Assembly (NCBI GenBank): GCA_041743505.1
Contig: JBGTMQ010000019.1
Coordinates: 6,147 to 70,146 of the forward strand
Direction: 5' to 3'
Source: Candidatus Saccharimonadia bacterium
Lineage (GTDB): Bacteria; Patescibacteriota; Saccharimonadia; UBA4664
DNA: 64,000 bases
How positions within the stretch are numbered: position 1 is the stretch's first letter; each line of letters starts with the position of its first letter. Below the pieces are notes generated by a model. That model did no database searches, was not told where the DNA came from, and saw only the letters and a list, made by a program, of their open reading frames with translations. Of this stretch, positions 9,475 through 18,636 are shown in pieces. The position numbers and the translations under genes were made by a program.

Positions 9475-9684
9475 TCACTCCGGCTCAGCCGGAGCAATCA
9501 AGTCCAACAACCTGCGGGTGGCACAGGGCCAAGCCTGTACGGTGCCTTGCCGGTCCCGGCACTGGGCAGCACAGATCACTGGCGCGAACCTGGTTCCATC
9601 AACGCGGTTGTGGAGTGCGAGCAGCTCAGCCAGCTGCGCGCCGCTGACCGTCAGTACCACGGGTGCACCATCGGTGGAGTCCAT
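9475..9684 (-). CDS. Small hypothetical protein (69 aa)
   Basis: RBS AGGAAGGGactactATG. Preceded by an extended -10 TGTGTTATAAT promoter and followed by a hairpin + T-run terminator (9427-9450). Confidence 0.45.
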   Translation of the reverse strand: MDSTDGAPVVLTVSGAQLAELLALHNRVDGTRFAPVICAAQCRDRQGTVQAWPCATRRLLDLIAPAEPE

Positions 9685-9919
9685 AGTAGTCCCTTCCTGT
9701 CCGGTAGTATTGCCTAGCTAACTACGACGCTCAAACCGGATCAACCGGGGTCTGTGAATGCTCAGAGGGAGCATCAAACCTATCCAAGTGCGGATCTATA
9801 CATTATAACACATATGCGAAAATTATGCAAGTATAAGGCCCCGCCAAATTGCGGCGGGGCCGGTGTGTAGGCTAGTCGGCCCACGGAGCATACTATGGAT
9901 TTTCTGACCACCTAAGTCG

Positions 9920-10321
9920 CTAAGCGGCCTGCATATAGGCCCGCGGCCAAAGTGATTTGGGTATCCAATTACCAGCCTCATTTCTAAGCGCCAGGAAGAT
10001 ACACGGTCCCGAGGAGTACTCTATGGACTGCACCGCTTCGACATACACCCGCCCATCCGGGAAGGTGTATTTATAAAGCGGGTAACCTTCGCACATTCCC
10101 GAATAGTGCTCGCCACTCGGCTCCCGCGCCACCGTAGAGCCAAGTACCTGGCGTGGTTCCTGCGTCTCGCGCCGTCCGTCCGGGTACACCCGCACCACCT
10201 CCTCGGTGTACAGGAGAACTTTCTCGCCCCCGACCAACTTCTGCGCCCATGCATTTAGACCAAAAATTTGGTCCTCACGGATCCCCATGTCGGCTCCTTC
10301 GGCTCGTAAACGACTGGTCAC
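9920..10321 (-). CDS. Hypothetical protein (133 aa)
   Basis: ORF coupled by a 4-nt overlap to the upstream ORF. Terminator hairpin at 9836-9862. Confidence 0.5.
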   Translation of the reverse strand: MTSRLRAEGADMGIREDQIFGLNAWAQKLVGGEKVLLYTEEVVRVYPDGRRETQEPRQVLGSTVAREPSGEHYSGMCEGYPLYKYTFPDGRVYVEAVQSIEYSSGPCIFLALRNEAGNWIPKSLWPRAYMQAA

Positions 10322-10818
10322 TGCCGCACAACGAATGCGCCAGACTCGGCCTCATAGACCATTACCTCAGCTTCTGCGTCTGCGGGCCAGTCTTCACCCA
10401 CCAGTACCAGGCAGAGTCGCTGCTCCAGCATCTCCAGCTCTCTCAGCGGCATTTCGTCCCGAATATCATTATAGAAACTTTCGGGAGTCGCGAAACCCAG
10501 GCGCCGTAAAGCGTACTCGCTATCAGTTTCGAATTCGCCGTCATCACCGAAGTAGCCCCGGTAGTAAGAGCTGAGCTCGGCGTAACTTTTCCGGTAGTCG
10601 GCGTTTCCAGGGTCTTCATCGCCGGTAGTAACCTTCCGGTAAAGCTCCGCTTCGTCATCATCGACCAAGACGAACAGAGTGAAGCCGTCATTTTCGCCAT
10701 CAGTACGCTCCGCGCTACCCAAGAAGACACCTTCAGCCACCTCCAGCTGCAAGAGCTTTCTTGCCGCTCGGGCAGCCAAACCAAACAAGGGCTCATGAAC
10801 TTCCGTATGCACTATTGC
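10318..10818 (-). CDS. Hypothetical acidic protein (about 166 aa)
   Basis: RBS GGAGtgataATG at the internal Met (MAIVHTE). Acidic composition. Bicistronic with 9920..10321. Confidence 0.5.
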   Translation of the reverse strand, partial: AIVHTEVHEPLFGLAARAARKLLQLEVAEGVFLGSAERTDGENDGFTLFVLVDDDEAELYRKVTTGDEDPGNADYRKSYAELSSYYRGYFGDDGEFETDSEYALRRLGFATPESFYNDIRDEMPLRELEMLEQRLCLVLVGEDWPADAEAEVMVYEAESGAFVVRQ

Positions 10819-10926
10819 CATTATCACTCCAAATAGTAGGCCAACGGGATGCCCTAATAAATAACATAAATATTGTAAAATGTCCAATATAGTAGCCCCG
10901 TCTCAAGTTGAGTGACCCCTCAAATA

Positions 10927-10978
10927 AAAACCCACCGAAGCGAGATCACCAGTAGGTGAAATCTCGCCCCGGCGGGGG
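10927..10978 (-). terminator. Conserved family-B terminator repeat (copy 1)
   Basis: Same core as 13214-13268. Hairpin + TTTTTATTT on the minus strand, directly after the stop of 10982..11551. Confidence 0.65.
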
Positions 10979-10981
10979 TTA

Positions 10982-11551
10982 CTACGATCCTTTGAGGCGC
11001 TTCAGCCAGTAGGCAGCTCGGGTGGACTCATCCCGGTCACGGAGATTCTCGAGTGTGGCAATGACCATTGCCTGCTCCTCGGCAGTGAAAGCATGCCAGC
11101 GCACTGAGGCCAAGGTGGCAGAATTGTCTTGCTCGAGGCGCCAGGCGGCGTTTCGCCCCACTTTCTTGACCTCTGTCTTAGCGAACGAGTCCCAGAACTG
11201 GTGGTTGTCGTACAGCGTTACCATCTCAATGCCTCGTTCATCCCGGATAGAGGTGAGGTACATGCTTAGCACCTCGACCGTCCAGTCCTCCGGCGGCACC
11301 ACCGTCACGTAATCCGCCGGCCCGGGATTCTCGGCCGGCTCCTCAAGCCAGACGAAGCCTGCGGCTTCAAGGTCGGCCCGAGTGCCTCCAATAATGTGCA
11401 CTGGAATCTTGATCGCCCGGAGGTTGTCGTGCTCCACGTCGTGAGCCTGCAAGACACTGAAACCCTCGGCCAGGTGCATGGCACTATCGGGGTCGTTGCT
11501 GCTTCCAATTGCGCTCAACGCAACTTGGAACGGGCTGGGTGATGCGGTCAT
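10982..11551 (-). CDS. Hypothetical protein (189 aa)
   Basis: RBS AGAGGAGAAcccATG. Followed by a family-B conserved terminator. Confidence 0.55.
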   Translation of the reverse strand: MTASPSPFQVALSAIGSSNDPDSAMHLAEGFSVLQAHDVEHDNLRAIKIPVHIIGGTRADLEAAGFVWLEEPAENPGPADYVTVVPPEDWTVEVLSMYLTSIRDERGIEMVTLYDNHQFWDSFAKTEVKKVGRNAAWRLEQDNSATLASVRWHAFTAEEQAMVIATLENLRDRDESTRAAYWLKRLKGS

Positions 11552-11883
11552 GGGTTCTCCTCTTAGGAGTGTAGTTACTCGTGCATCATGTAGACACTTG
11601 CGTTCGGCGCCTTGGTCACGTTCTCAGTCATTGGACTCCATTTCTTCGAGGCTACGCCATGGACCGCCGCGATCGGCGTTCATTAGCAACGCCAACGTTG
11701 GCGCACTGGGTATGCGCCCACTGGCCAGATACAAACTCAAGGCTGGCCCGGCGCCGGCTTCAGGCTGCTGCTCAGGGGTCGGGTCTGCGGGCGTAGTGGC
11801 CCGCCTCTTCCATCGGCCTAACATTCCCAGCTCCAATCGCGTGGTTAATACCAGAGTTCGACTAGATCCACAGCCATCCTCTG

Positions 11884-12189
11884 CTAAGGCTTCGCAGCGA
11901 TCGCATAGAGGATGAACATAAAGAACGCCATGGCGCCAAACTGGAGCAGGCTTGAACATACTAGCCGCTTCCAGAACGCCCTGGCCGACGTAAACGTCAT
12001 ATCATCCGAGGTAAACATTACCATCACGGAACTGACCAGAATCATGGCCAACCCAAGAGGCAAGTTGACCAGTGCGCCAAAAAACATGCCGCCGAAACCA
12101 AGAGTAGTCTGGGCTAGAATGAACCAAAGGTTGTCACCCAGTCGCTTACTGAGCCGGCCAAGGTATTGAGTATCCAGTGACGAAGTCAT
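11884..12189 (-). CDS. Small membrane protein (about 101 aa); a downstream ORF 11624..11959 in another frame may be a continuation
   Basis: RBS GGGAGccagaATG with an extended -10 TGGTATTATAT upstream. Two hydrophobic helices. Confidence 0.45.
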   Translation of the reverse strand: MTSSLDTQYLGRLSKRLGDNLWFILAQTTLGFGGMFFGALVNLPLGLAMILVSSVMVMFTSDDMTFTSARAFWKRLVCSSLLQFGAMAFFMFILYAIAAKP

Positions 12190-12298
12190 TCTGGCTCCCT
12201 TCGGAAAGCTAGATGTCAAAGAAACCTCAATATAATACCATATTTAGGGAACAAAAGCAACATCAAATTCAATGAAGACATAAAATACTCGGCCAGAA

Positions 12299-12368
12299 GT
12301 GAAAACCCCGCTGGCTGCGAGGCTCACCCATACGGGTGGTCTCGCCCTGGCGGGGCAAAAAGCGGGGA
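12299..12368 (-). terminator. Conserved family-A intrinsic terminator repeat (copy 1)
   Basis: 50-nt core CCCCGCTGGCTGCGAGGCTCACCCATACGGGTGGTCTCGCCCTGGCGGGG, near-identical at 4 loci. On the minus strand the hairpin is followed by TTTTCAC. Confidence 0.7.
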
Positions 12369-12371
12369 CTG

Positions 12372-12836
12372 TTACTCCCCGAGTCGAGATTTCAGGCTAT
12401 GCCACGCCGTCGCGGCAACCTTGGCCCAGTGGTAAGCGGCCGCCGGTATGAGCTCCGTTGGCGTGGAGGGGTAGCAATCCATTCGCTCCTCCGCCCGGCG
12501 GCTGGCTTCAGCGAAGGTTAAACTCTCACCGGGCGCCAGTAACTCCAGTTGATCGAGGTAAAACATCTCAATTGTATCCTCGTACGTCTGGTATCCGAAC
12601 TGCCCTGCGCTGTGACATTCCCCCATCGTAGTGAACCGGCTCTGCAGCGCGTCACTGAAAGCCCTCGGCCGGGTCAGCTTGTCGTTCGGGTCGACCGGCT
12701 CAAAATCTGGGGTCACGTTCAGGAGGCGGTAGTACCGGTCTCCCTCAACCAAAGTAATTGTGAGGCTGCCGTCCGGGTTGACCTCAGCCGCCACCAACCG
12801 GATTACGTTCTGGGCATCAACTACTGAAACGGACAT
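12372..12836 (-). CDS. Hypothetical protein, paralog of 17852..18325
   Basis: RBS AGAGGAcaacATG. N-terminal about 50 aa (SLTITLVEGDRYYRLLNVTPDFEPV) is alignable with SVTITFLLDGRYYTAERIRPDFPAV of the paralog. Confidence 0.6.
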   Translation of the reverse strand: MSVSVVDAQNVIRLVAAEVNPDGSLTITLVEGDRYYRLLNVTPDFEPVDPNDKLTRPRAFSDALQSRFTTMGECHSAGQFGYQTYEDTIEMFYLDQLELLAPGESLTFAEASRRAEERMDCYPSTPTELIPAAAYHWAKVAATAWHSLKSRLGE

Positions 12837-13213
12837 GGTTGTCCTCTCGAGCATGCATCACTACAGATGCGAGCAAATGCGAACACATACATAATAACAT
12901 AAATCCTATGACTTTGCAAGCAAAATAGTGTAAAATGATGGATTGTACCACGTCGGCCACAGTCGTAACGGACACTTCACTTATCGTCAATCGAAACGCC
13001 CCGCACATTAGCGGGGCGTAGTGGTCTCGGCCTACTTGAACTCGGCCAGCCGTTAGAGAAACAACGTCAGCGCGCGGCCACCTCACGCCTAACGCTCAAA
13101 CCGGCCTGTCCGATAGATCTAGGACTTGGCAACGGATCACCTCCTTTCTCTTAATACAATCGCTATCTTATAGGGCCCCCGCCAAACGGTCAATGCCATC
13201 AGCACATGCCAAG

Positions 13214-13268
13214 AAAAACCGCCGGAGCGAGATCACTAGTAGGTGAAATCTCGCCCCAGCGGGGTGGG
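13214..13268 (-). terminator. Conserved family-B terminator repeat (copy 2)
   Basis: GCGAGATCAC(T/C)AGTAGGTGAAATCTCGCCCC core shared with 10927-10978. Followed by a T-run on the minus strand. Confidence 0.65.
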
Positions 13269-14285
13269 TTAGAGCTGCCGCTCAATAATCAGGTCGCCCG
13301 AACCTCGGCGGCGCTTCTGTATCTCGCCCTCGACTATGTTGACCTTGAGGTCTCCTGAGCCATTCAGCTTCAGGTTGGCCGTGCCGGCGGTGCCATCGAT
13401 TGTGAGTTCGCCGGAGCCATTGTTGGTGGCCGTCAGTCTCGGGTGGTAACCAAACACAACCGTCAGATCACCTGATCCATTGATCTCGGCCTCAACCGGA
13501 CCATTAACCCGGACAACCTCGATCTCGCCGCTGGCGGATACATTGGCATCCAGTGAGGTGGCCGAGCCGCCCAAGATATTGATATCGCCGCTGGCCCTAG
13601 TCTTGGCTGTCACCGGTCCTGAAACCGCTGCAACCTCGATGTCGCCACTTGCGAGAGTGGTCAGGTCAGCGCTGCTGACCTGACCTGCCGTGACATTGCC
13701 ACTACGTGCTTCCACGAACAGTGGACCGTGAGTATCGCCAATCACGACATCACCCGAGTCACCGTCCACGTTCACGGAGGTGCCCGGCGGCACCTTCACC
13801 AGAACCTGAACGGACGGACCGCTCTGGATGGTCGTTTGACTGAAAAAGCTGCCAAAGCGGAGGCTGCCAACCCGCATGTTGCTGGTACTGAGGCTTGCCG
13901 GCCGCGCCGCGGTAGAATCCTCGTCGATTCGGAGGACCGAGCCAGTTTCGCCGGTACCAGTGGCAACATTGCACCGCACCGCCCTGGCCAGATCATCCGG
14001 ACCCGTGACAGTGACTTCGAAGCCGCTGACATCCGCTACTTCAACCGTGACATCGGCCTTCAGCCGGGACAGGATCAGGCGGTCGGCTTGGTAACGGGTA
14101 GGGCCGAGCGTGACTCGGTCCGGGCTAACGTCTGTGTCGAGGTTGATGTAGCCCGGTCCCCCGTTGTGCACTTGCCCGGTTCTAACGTTGCACCAGCTGC
14201 CGTCCGCGAAATACACGGTGTCGTTGACAATGCTCCGGACTGCTTTGTCGGAATCGATAACGCGGTCATTGACGGTGAAGGCCAT
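13269..14285 (-). CDS. DUF4097/DUF2807-like repeat protein (putative beta-helical adhesin-like)
   Basis: Multiple SGD(I/L)/SGE(I) repeats spaced about 20 aa apart (ASGDIEV, ASGDINI, ASGEIEV, GSGDLTV, GSGELTI, GSGDLKV). RBS GAAAGGatggctATG. Confidence 0.6.
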   Translation of the reverse strand: MAFTVNDRVIDSDKAVRSIVNDTVYFADGSWCNVRTGQVHNGGPGYINLDTDVSPDRVTLGPTRYQADRLILSRLKADVTVEVADVSGFEVTVTGPDDLARAVRCNVATGTGETGSVLRIDEDSTAARPASLSTSNMRVGSLRFGSFFSQTTIQSGPSVQVLVKVPPGTSVNVDGDSGDVVIGDTHGPLFVEARSGNVTAGQVSSADLTTLASGDIEVAAVSGPVTAKTRASGDINILGGSATSLDANVSASGEIEVVRVNGPVEAEINGSGDLTVVFGYHPRLTATNNGSGELTIDGTAGTANLKLNGSGDLKVNIVEGEIQKRRRGSGDLIIERQL

Positions 14286-14410
14286 AGCCATCCTTTCAGG
14301 GTACGAGCAGAGGTTTGCTAGCTTCCTGAGCTAGGCACAGGATTTTAAATCATAACACAAAAAATGAAAGTTGTCTACTATAGGCGAATAACAATCCAAT
14401 GTTGCCAAAA

Positions 14411-14466
14411 TAAAGGCCCCGCTGGCTGCGAGGCTCACCCATACGGGTGGTCTCGCCCTGGCGGGG
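14411..14466 (-). terminator. Conserved family-A terminator repeat (copy 2)
   Basis: Core identical to copy 1, immediately 3' of the gene 14467..15273. Confidence 0.7.
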
Positions 14467-15273
14467 CTAGGCAGGCTGAGCCCGGCTCTCATGTTCGAGC
14501 ATTATCGTCCCAGCCCGGATGAAACGGTCTGTGTAATTCGAGTCCGGATTGCTATCCTCGAAGGTGGCATGGCCGCTCGGAAATATGAATCCAAAGGCTT
14601 CATCACCACCCTCCTTGTCCGAAGGCTCGCTGGTGACTTCACCCTCGAACATCTTGCCAGACTGGCCGTTTTCCTCCCATTTCAACTCGCATGGACATAT
14701 CTTTGTGATACGGACAACGACTATCTTCGAGTAGGGATTGTCAGCCTCAGGCTCTGTCGTAAAGGTTACGACGCTACCAACACCCAGCGACTCGTAGGGT
14801 TCCGGGTACGTGGCCATGAAACGGCGCATGGAGAACATACCAATCGCTTCAGCTTCGGTAATCCGGAAACTTCTCCAGTACCAACTAGGATCGTACGTTG
14901 CATCCGGTATGCCCAGAGCTTCCCAATCCACGCGTGAAAGCCGTTTGAGGAAACCATCAATGAAGTCAACGTTTGGTCGTAAGGCATCAAATTCCGCCTC
15001 ACTCAGTTTGTGCCGGCTTGTCAGCAGGATCTTGCGCTCATGGCGAACAATCAAAACGAGGTCAATACGATCTTCGACGCGAACAATCTTACTGGTGAGC
15101 AGCCGGTTCAGGATAGCGACTTCGTCAGCAAAGATCTTGAGACATGATGTGAGCTCATCGCCTTTGAGATCTTTCAGGAGTTTGGCGTCCCTAACCACGT
15201 TTCGCTGCAGTGTATTTGCTAGCCAGGAAAGCTCTTCCGAATGAAGTCCGTAACCCTCTACCTCAGCGGACAT
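14467..15273 (-). CDS. Hypothetical protein (268 aa)
   Basis: ORF with an RBS at the internal Met (MSAEVEG). Extended -10 promoter upstream. Confidence 0.5.
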   Translation of the reverse strand: MSAEVEGYGLHSEELSWLANTLQRNVVRDAKLLKDLKGDELTSCLKIFADEVAILNRLLTSKIVRVEDRIDLVLIVRHERKILLTSRHKLSEAEFDALRPNVDFIDGFLKRLSRVDWEALGIPDATYDPSWYWRSFRITEAEAIGMFSMRRFMATYPEPYESLGVGSVVTFTTEPEADNPYSKIVVVRITKICPCELKWEENGQSGKMFEGEVTSEPSDKEGGDEAFGFIFPSGHATFEDSNPDSNYTDRFIRAGTIMLEHESRAQPA

Positions 15274-15370
15274 TACTTGCCCTTCTGTGAGAAAACAATC
15301 GAACATATATATAAAAACGCGAAACCAAAATAATTACAATGTGGGCCCGGCCAACGATCAGCGCCGCATA

Positions 15371-15403
15371 AAAATAAAGGCCCCGCTAAACTTCAGCGGG
15401 GCC
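15371..15403 (-). terminator. Family-C terminator (GGCCCCGCtaaacttcaGCGGGGCC)
   Basis: Near-identical hairpin also at 16075-16104. Preceded by an A-run (a T-run on the minus strand). Confidence 0.6.
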
Positions 15404-15433
15404 ATCAGCGGCTGTTGATAGGCAAACGTGGTG

Positions 15434-16003
15434 TCACGCCTTATCAGATTCCCATGGGCCGAACCACAGTCCAGTGGCGGCCAAGAGCGACCGGCGGGCC
15501 ATATCCCGGTCACTGGCCTGGTAGGCCGGACTGAGCGCGGCGTAGCGCAAGCGGGCCAATGCCCGCCAGCGTTGCACCTTTTCCGGATTCCACGCTAACA
15601 GCATATAGGAAACCCAGTGCGTGGTCTGCTCCCATTCCTGCCGCTCCATCGCCTCAAACCGCACCGGCCGGATCGTGGTCCGGCACTCGGTCTCGATGAT
15701 GTGTTGGGCAATCCGCGCCCAGCGTGTGCAATAGATCTCACGCTCATAAGGTGTCAATTCTTCGAAAGATTTGCGCATTAGGATGCAGTAGGCTGCATCC
15801 TCACTTGGGACAGCGTGCATCCAGGGCTCAAACATATCAATCCATTGTTCGTGTTCGAGGTCCCCAAGTAAATGCAGGAGCGGGAAGTCTGGGTCAAATG
15901 CCCGCAACTCCTCATCCCGCCGGTCATTACTGAGCGAGTCGAAGGCGAAAGTGGGCCGCCACTCGCCCATGTCAGCGTACGGGAAACTTGGGCGGTCAGT
16001 CAT
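15434..16003 (-). CDS. Hypothetical Trp-rich protein (189 aa)
   Basis: Long ORF flanked by a family-C terminator and an AT-rich promoter. Confidence 0.5.
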   Translation of the reverse strand: MTDRPSFPYADMGEWRPTFAFDSLSNDRRDEELRAFDPDFPLLHLLGDLEHEQWIDMFEPWMHAVPSEDAAYCILMRKSFEELTPYEREIYCTRWARIAQHIIETECRTTIRPVRFEAMERQEWEQTTHWVSYMLLAWNPEKVQRWRALARLRYAALSPAYQASDRDMARRSLLAATGLWFGPWESDKA

Positions 16004-16074
16004 CGTGGTCCAATCGGCCGAATTTTTGATCTAGGACCGCTATATAATACAATATTTAATTGACAATTGCAATA

Positions 16075-16104
16075 GAAAAACCCCGCCAAACTTCAGCGGG
16101 GCCA
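16075..16104 (-). terminator. Family-C terminator (copy 2)
   Basis: CCCCGCCaaacttcaGCGGGGCC + A/T runs. Confidence 0.6.
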
Positions 16105-16113
16105 GCTCATGGT

Positions 16114-17478
16114 CTAATTTCGAAGCTTGGTCCTGTGGCCTAAAGCCGGATTGGGCGCCTGACCACGCTGATGAGTCCGGACGTAGGTTTCGCCTTCAGA
16201 TAAGCTAATTCCTCGCTCCTCCCAAGCTAGCTGGCGCGCCCTTTCGGTCGCTGTGCACCCCGCCGGTAGCGGGCGGACGAAGCCGGTTACGGAGTGACGA
16301 GCCGTCGGCTCACGGTCCAAACGCTCCGTCTCGGCCATAGCATCCGCCATTTCTCGCTGCAGAGCGAGCCGTACGGCTGCTGGATCCCCGAGCACGCGCA
16401 GGCGGGGAAGCACCAGGTCGCGCAGACCGGCTCTCCATCGCTGCCTGTGCTCGTCACGTTCGCGGTGTCCCTTTGGCAGTACCGGCCAGGCCGGCACTGC
16501 CAAGCCAGGCGCTACGTACTGCGGTACAATCAAGTTATACAGCCTCAGTAGCTGAATAATTCGGAAGAGCGTGTAGGCTACAGTCCGGTCCGCCTGAACA
16601 AAGCATTCGCGCAGTGATACGGCGCCAATCCCAACATCAGTCGTAAACTCGCCGGCAACGCCAATGGCGGCCATCAGCTTACTCCGAAAGTCGAATTCAA
16701 CGCCGGCGTAGTCGAGGTTCTCAGCCCGGTGCGCCACCCTCGTTGGTTCAAGGTGCCCAATTTCGCTCCTTGCAGCCAAAATTGCCAACGCCAATGGCTT
16801 TGTCAACTCGAGACGGTCGTCGCTGTCTATGTCACGTACGACGTCATAGCCGTCCACGAAGACCCAGGCGTCCTCATTGCTATGCAAGATACCGTCTTGA
16901 AACAAACAGGGCTTCACGCCATACGCCCGGTGCTCCGCCAAGGCCGTCGCCAACTCGGAGATCACTCGCTCGCCGTCTTTGATGCCCACAGCAGCCAGCT
17001 GTTCGGCCGCTTCCTCGTCAGCCGGCATCTGCCGCTTCAGTAGGTGCACAGCGTAGTGGTGGGCCACGTAACTCTTGTAGAAGCTACCCGCCTTGAAGTA
17101 GAGCCAGCCGTGGAACTGTGACAGCCGGAGCGACTCCACGAACTGCCCTAGCTCTTTCAGGTACGACTCGTCCAGAGGTAACCGCACCGCGCCGAGCCGC
17201 GCCAGCGATACCGCCAGCATATTGCTAATAACTGACGCATGCTGGTAACCCACAACCTCCTGTTTGATCGTGTCGATCGTGTCCATAACATCCAGGAGGC
17301 GCTGGAGTTGGTTGCGAATCGGCCCGGCTATTTCGAACCAGCCGTATATCCGGTGAACCGCCGCGGCTATTTGCGCAGCCGATACGGCATCAGGCTGGCG
17401 CAGCAGCTTAGTAACCAGCAGCTCCAGCGAGGTGTCACGCACTCGTCTCGGTGCCTGGATAGGCCACGGGATAGTCAT
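16114..17478 (-). CDS. Hypothetical protein (about 454 aa), largest cassette gene
   Basis: RBS GGAAGAAGGtagccATG. Contains an Rx4H-like motif (GHRERDEHR), but no confident domain assignment. Confidence 0.5.
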   Translation of the reverse strand: MTIPWPIQAPRRVRDTSLELLVTKLLRQPDAVSAAQIAAAVHRIYGWFEIAGPIRNQLQRLLDVMDTIDTIKQEVVGYQHASVISNMLAVSLARLGAVRLPLDESYLKELGQFVESLRLSQFHGWLYFKAGSFYKSYVAHHYAVHLLKRQMPADEEAAEQLAAVGIKDGERVISELATALAEHRAYGVKPCLFQDGILHSNEDAWVFVDGYDVVRDIDSDDRLELTKPLALAILAARSEIGHLEPTRVAHRAENLDYAGVEFDFRSKLMAAIGVAGEFTTDVGIGAVSLRECFVQADRTVAYTLFRIIQLLRLYNLIVPQYVAPGLAVPAWPVLPKGHRERDEHRQRWRAGLRDLVLPRLRVLGDPAAVRLALQREMADAMAETERLDREPTARHSVTGFVRPLPAGCTATERARQLAWEERGISLSEGETYVRTHQRGQAPNPALGHRTKLRN

Positions 17479-17780
17479 GGCTACCTTCTTCCGCATCCGA
17501 TGTAAATGACCAGTAAACTATACTTCTATAGCATAAAATAAACAAAAAGTCCAAAAATAACTAGCCGGCCCCCAAAGCGGGAGCCGGCCATTGTCGCTGT
17601 GCAAGATTCAGGATAGGTCGCAGTAGGCGCTGTACTCATGAAGCACGTCGGGGCCCAGGTATGCCCGGACTGAGTTGCCCGAGGTGCGGCAGCCGGTGGC
17701 CACCGGGTCTTCAATCGCGTTGTGATAGTAGCCGGTGTTAGAACCGTCCGTATTGAAATAGACCTTGGTTAGGCCTGCAA

Positions 17781-17839
17781 AGTGAAAACCCCGCTGGCTG
17801 CGAGGCTCACCCATTCGGGTGGTGCTCGCCCTGGCGGGG
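17781..17839 (-). terminator. Conserved family-A terminator repeat (copy 3)
   Basis: Core is 48/50 identical to copies 1 and 2. Confidence 0.7.
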
Positions 17840-17851
17840 CGGTGTGGAAAT

Positions 17852-18325
17852 CTATTTTCCGGTGATGATCTTTTCGAGCCGCAGCCAGACCGTTGTGAAG
17901 ACCTTGAGGGCCTCGTAGTACGACCTGTTGGTCGGCTCCACATCGTCCAGCCTACAGCTGATGAGGTAAGCCTGGAAAGCCGGTCCAAACGTCTGATCGC
18001 GTTTTCTGAGGAGGTCTAGGATGAGTTTCAACTCGCAGCGCTCTTCAGGCAGGAAGTACCGCCGCGATACTCCGGTGTTCTCGACTTCGAGACGCCGGTC
18101 GTCCAGCCTGTCGCCTCCGGGGGAGTAGATGGAACCGGCAAACACCAGCTTGGCATCGTCGGGCACGGCAGGGAAGTCTGGACGGATGCGCTCGGCAGTG
18201 TAATACCTGCCGTCGAGCAAAAATGTGATGGTGACACTTCCGCCGTGAAGACTCAAATCCACACGCTGGGGCGTGAAACGGGCGTTCAGCTCAGCCATAC
18301 GGTCATCGGTAGTGCTGGCGGTCAT
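17852..18325 (-). CDS. Hypothetical protein, paralog of 12372..12836
   Basis: RBS GAGGAGtggtccaaATG. Shared N-terminal motif with 12372..12836. Confidence 0.6.
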   Translation of the reverse strand: MTASTTDDRMAELNARFTPQRVDLSLHGGSVTITFLLDGRYYTAERIRPDFPAVPDDAKLVFAGSIYSPGGDRLDDRRLEVENTGVSRRYFLPEERCELKLILDLLRKRDQTFGPAFQAYLISCRLDDVEPTNRSYYEALKVFTTVWLRLEKIITGK

Positions 18326-18601
18326 TTGGACCACTCCTCACTTGGGGCTAGGTCATCTTGGAGATGTTTAAGGTCCTGTTATCCGAACAGTAATATAATA
18401 ACACACAAGGCGTAAAAAGTCAAGGTGAAATTACTGACAGTCAATCGATATCGTCCTTAACTCTGCTTGCTCTTGATCTAGGCCACCTCAAATGAAGCCT
18501 ACCTGCCAGCACCCACCCCGCAGCCGAACCTGGTTTGCGGGGTGATTATTATTAAAAAGGCTCCATAAGTACAATCAAACTTCCTTTTCAGGGTGAGTTA
18601 G

Positions 18602-18630
18602 TTGACACAATGACAATCATATTATAGAAT
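18602..18630 (+). promoter_or_regulatory. Strong sigma70-type promoter (TTGACA-17-TAGAAT) driving an ORF-less transcript
   Basis: Perfect -35 TTGACA at 18602-18607, a 17-nt spacer, and TAGAAT at 18625-18630. Confidence 0.6.
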
Positions 18631-18636
18631 ACCAAA

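Noticed and set aside
17608-17770. Small ORF between the family-A terminator and the hairpin at 17564-17588
   Set aside because: Its only ATG lies inside the upstream terminator hairpin and no alternative start has an RBS. It may be a short peptide gene, but evidence is insufficient to call it.
12299-17839. Whether the conserved hairpin repeats after each cassette gene are integron attC sites
   Set aside because: No R''/R' core (RYYYAAC...GTTRRRY) is present. Each repeat is a GC stem followed by a U-run on the coding strand, directly after the stop codon, so they are intrinsic terminators. No intI gene is present.
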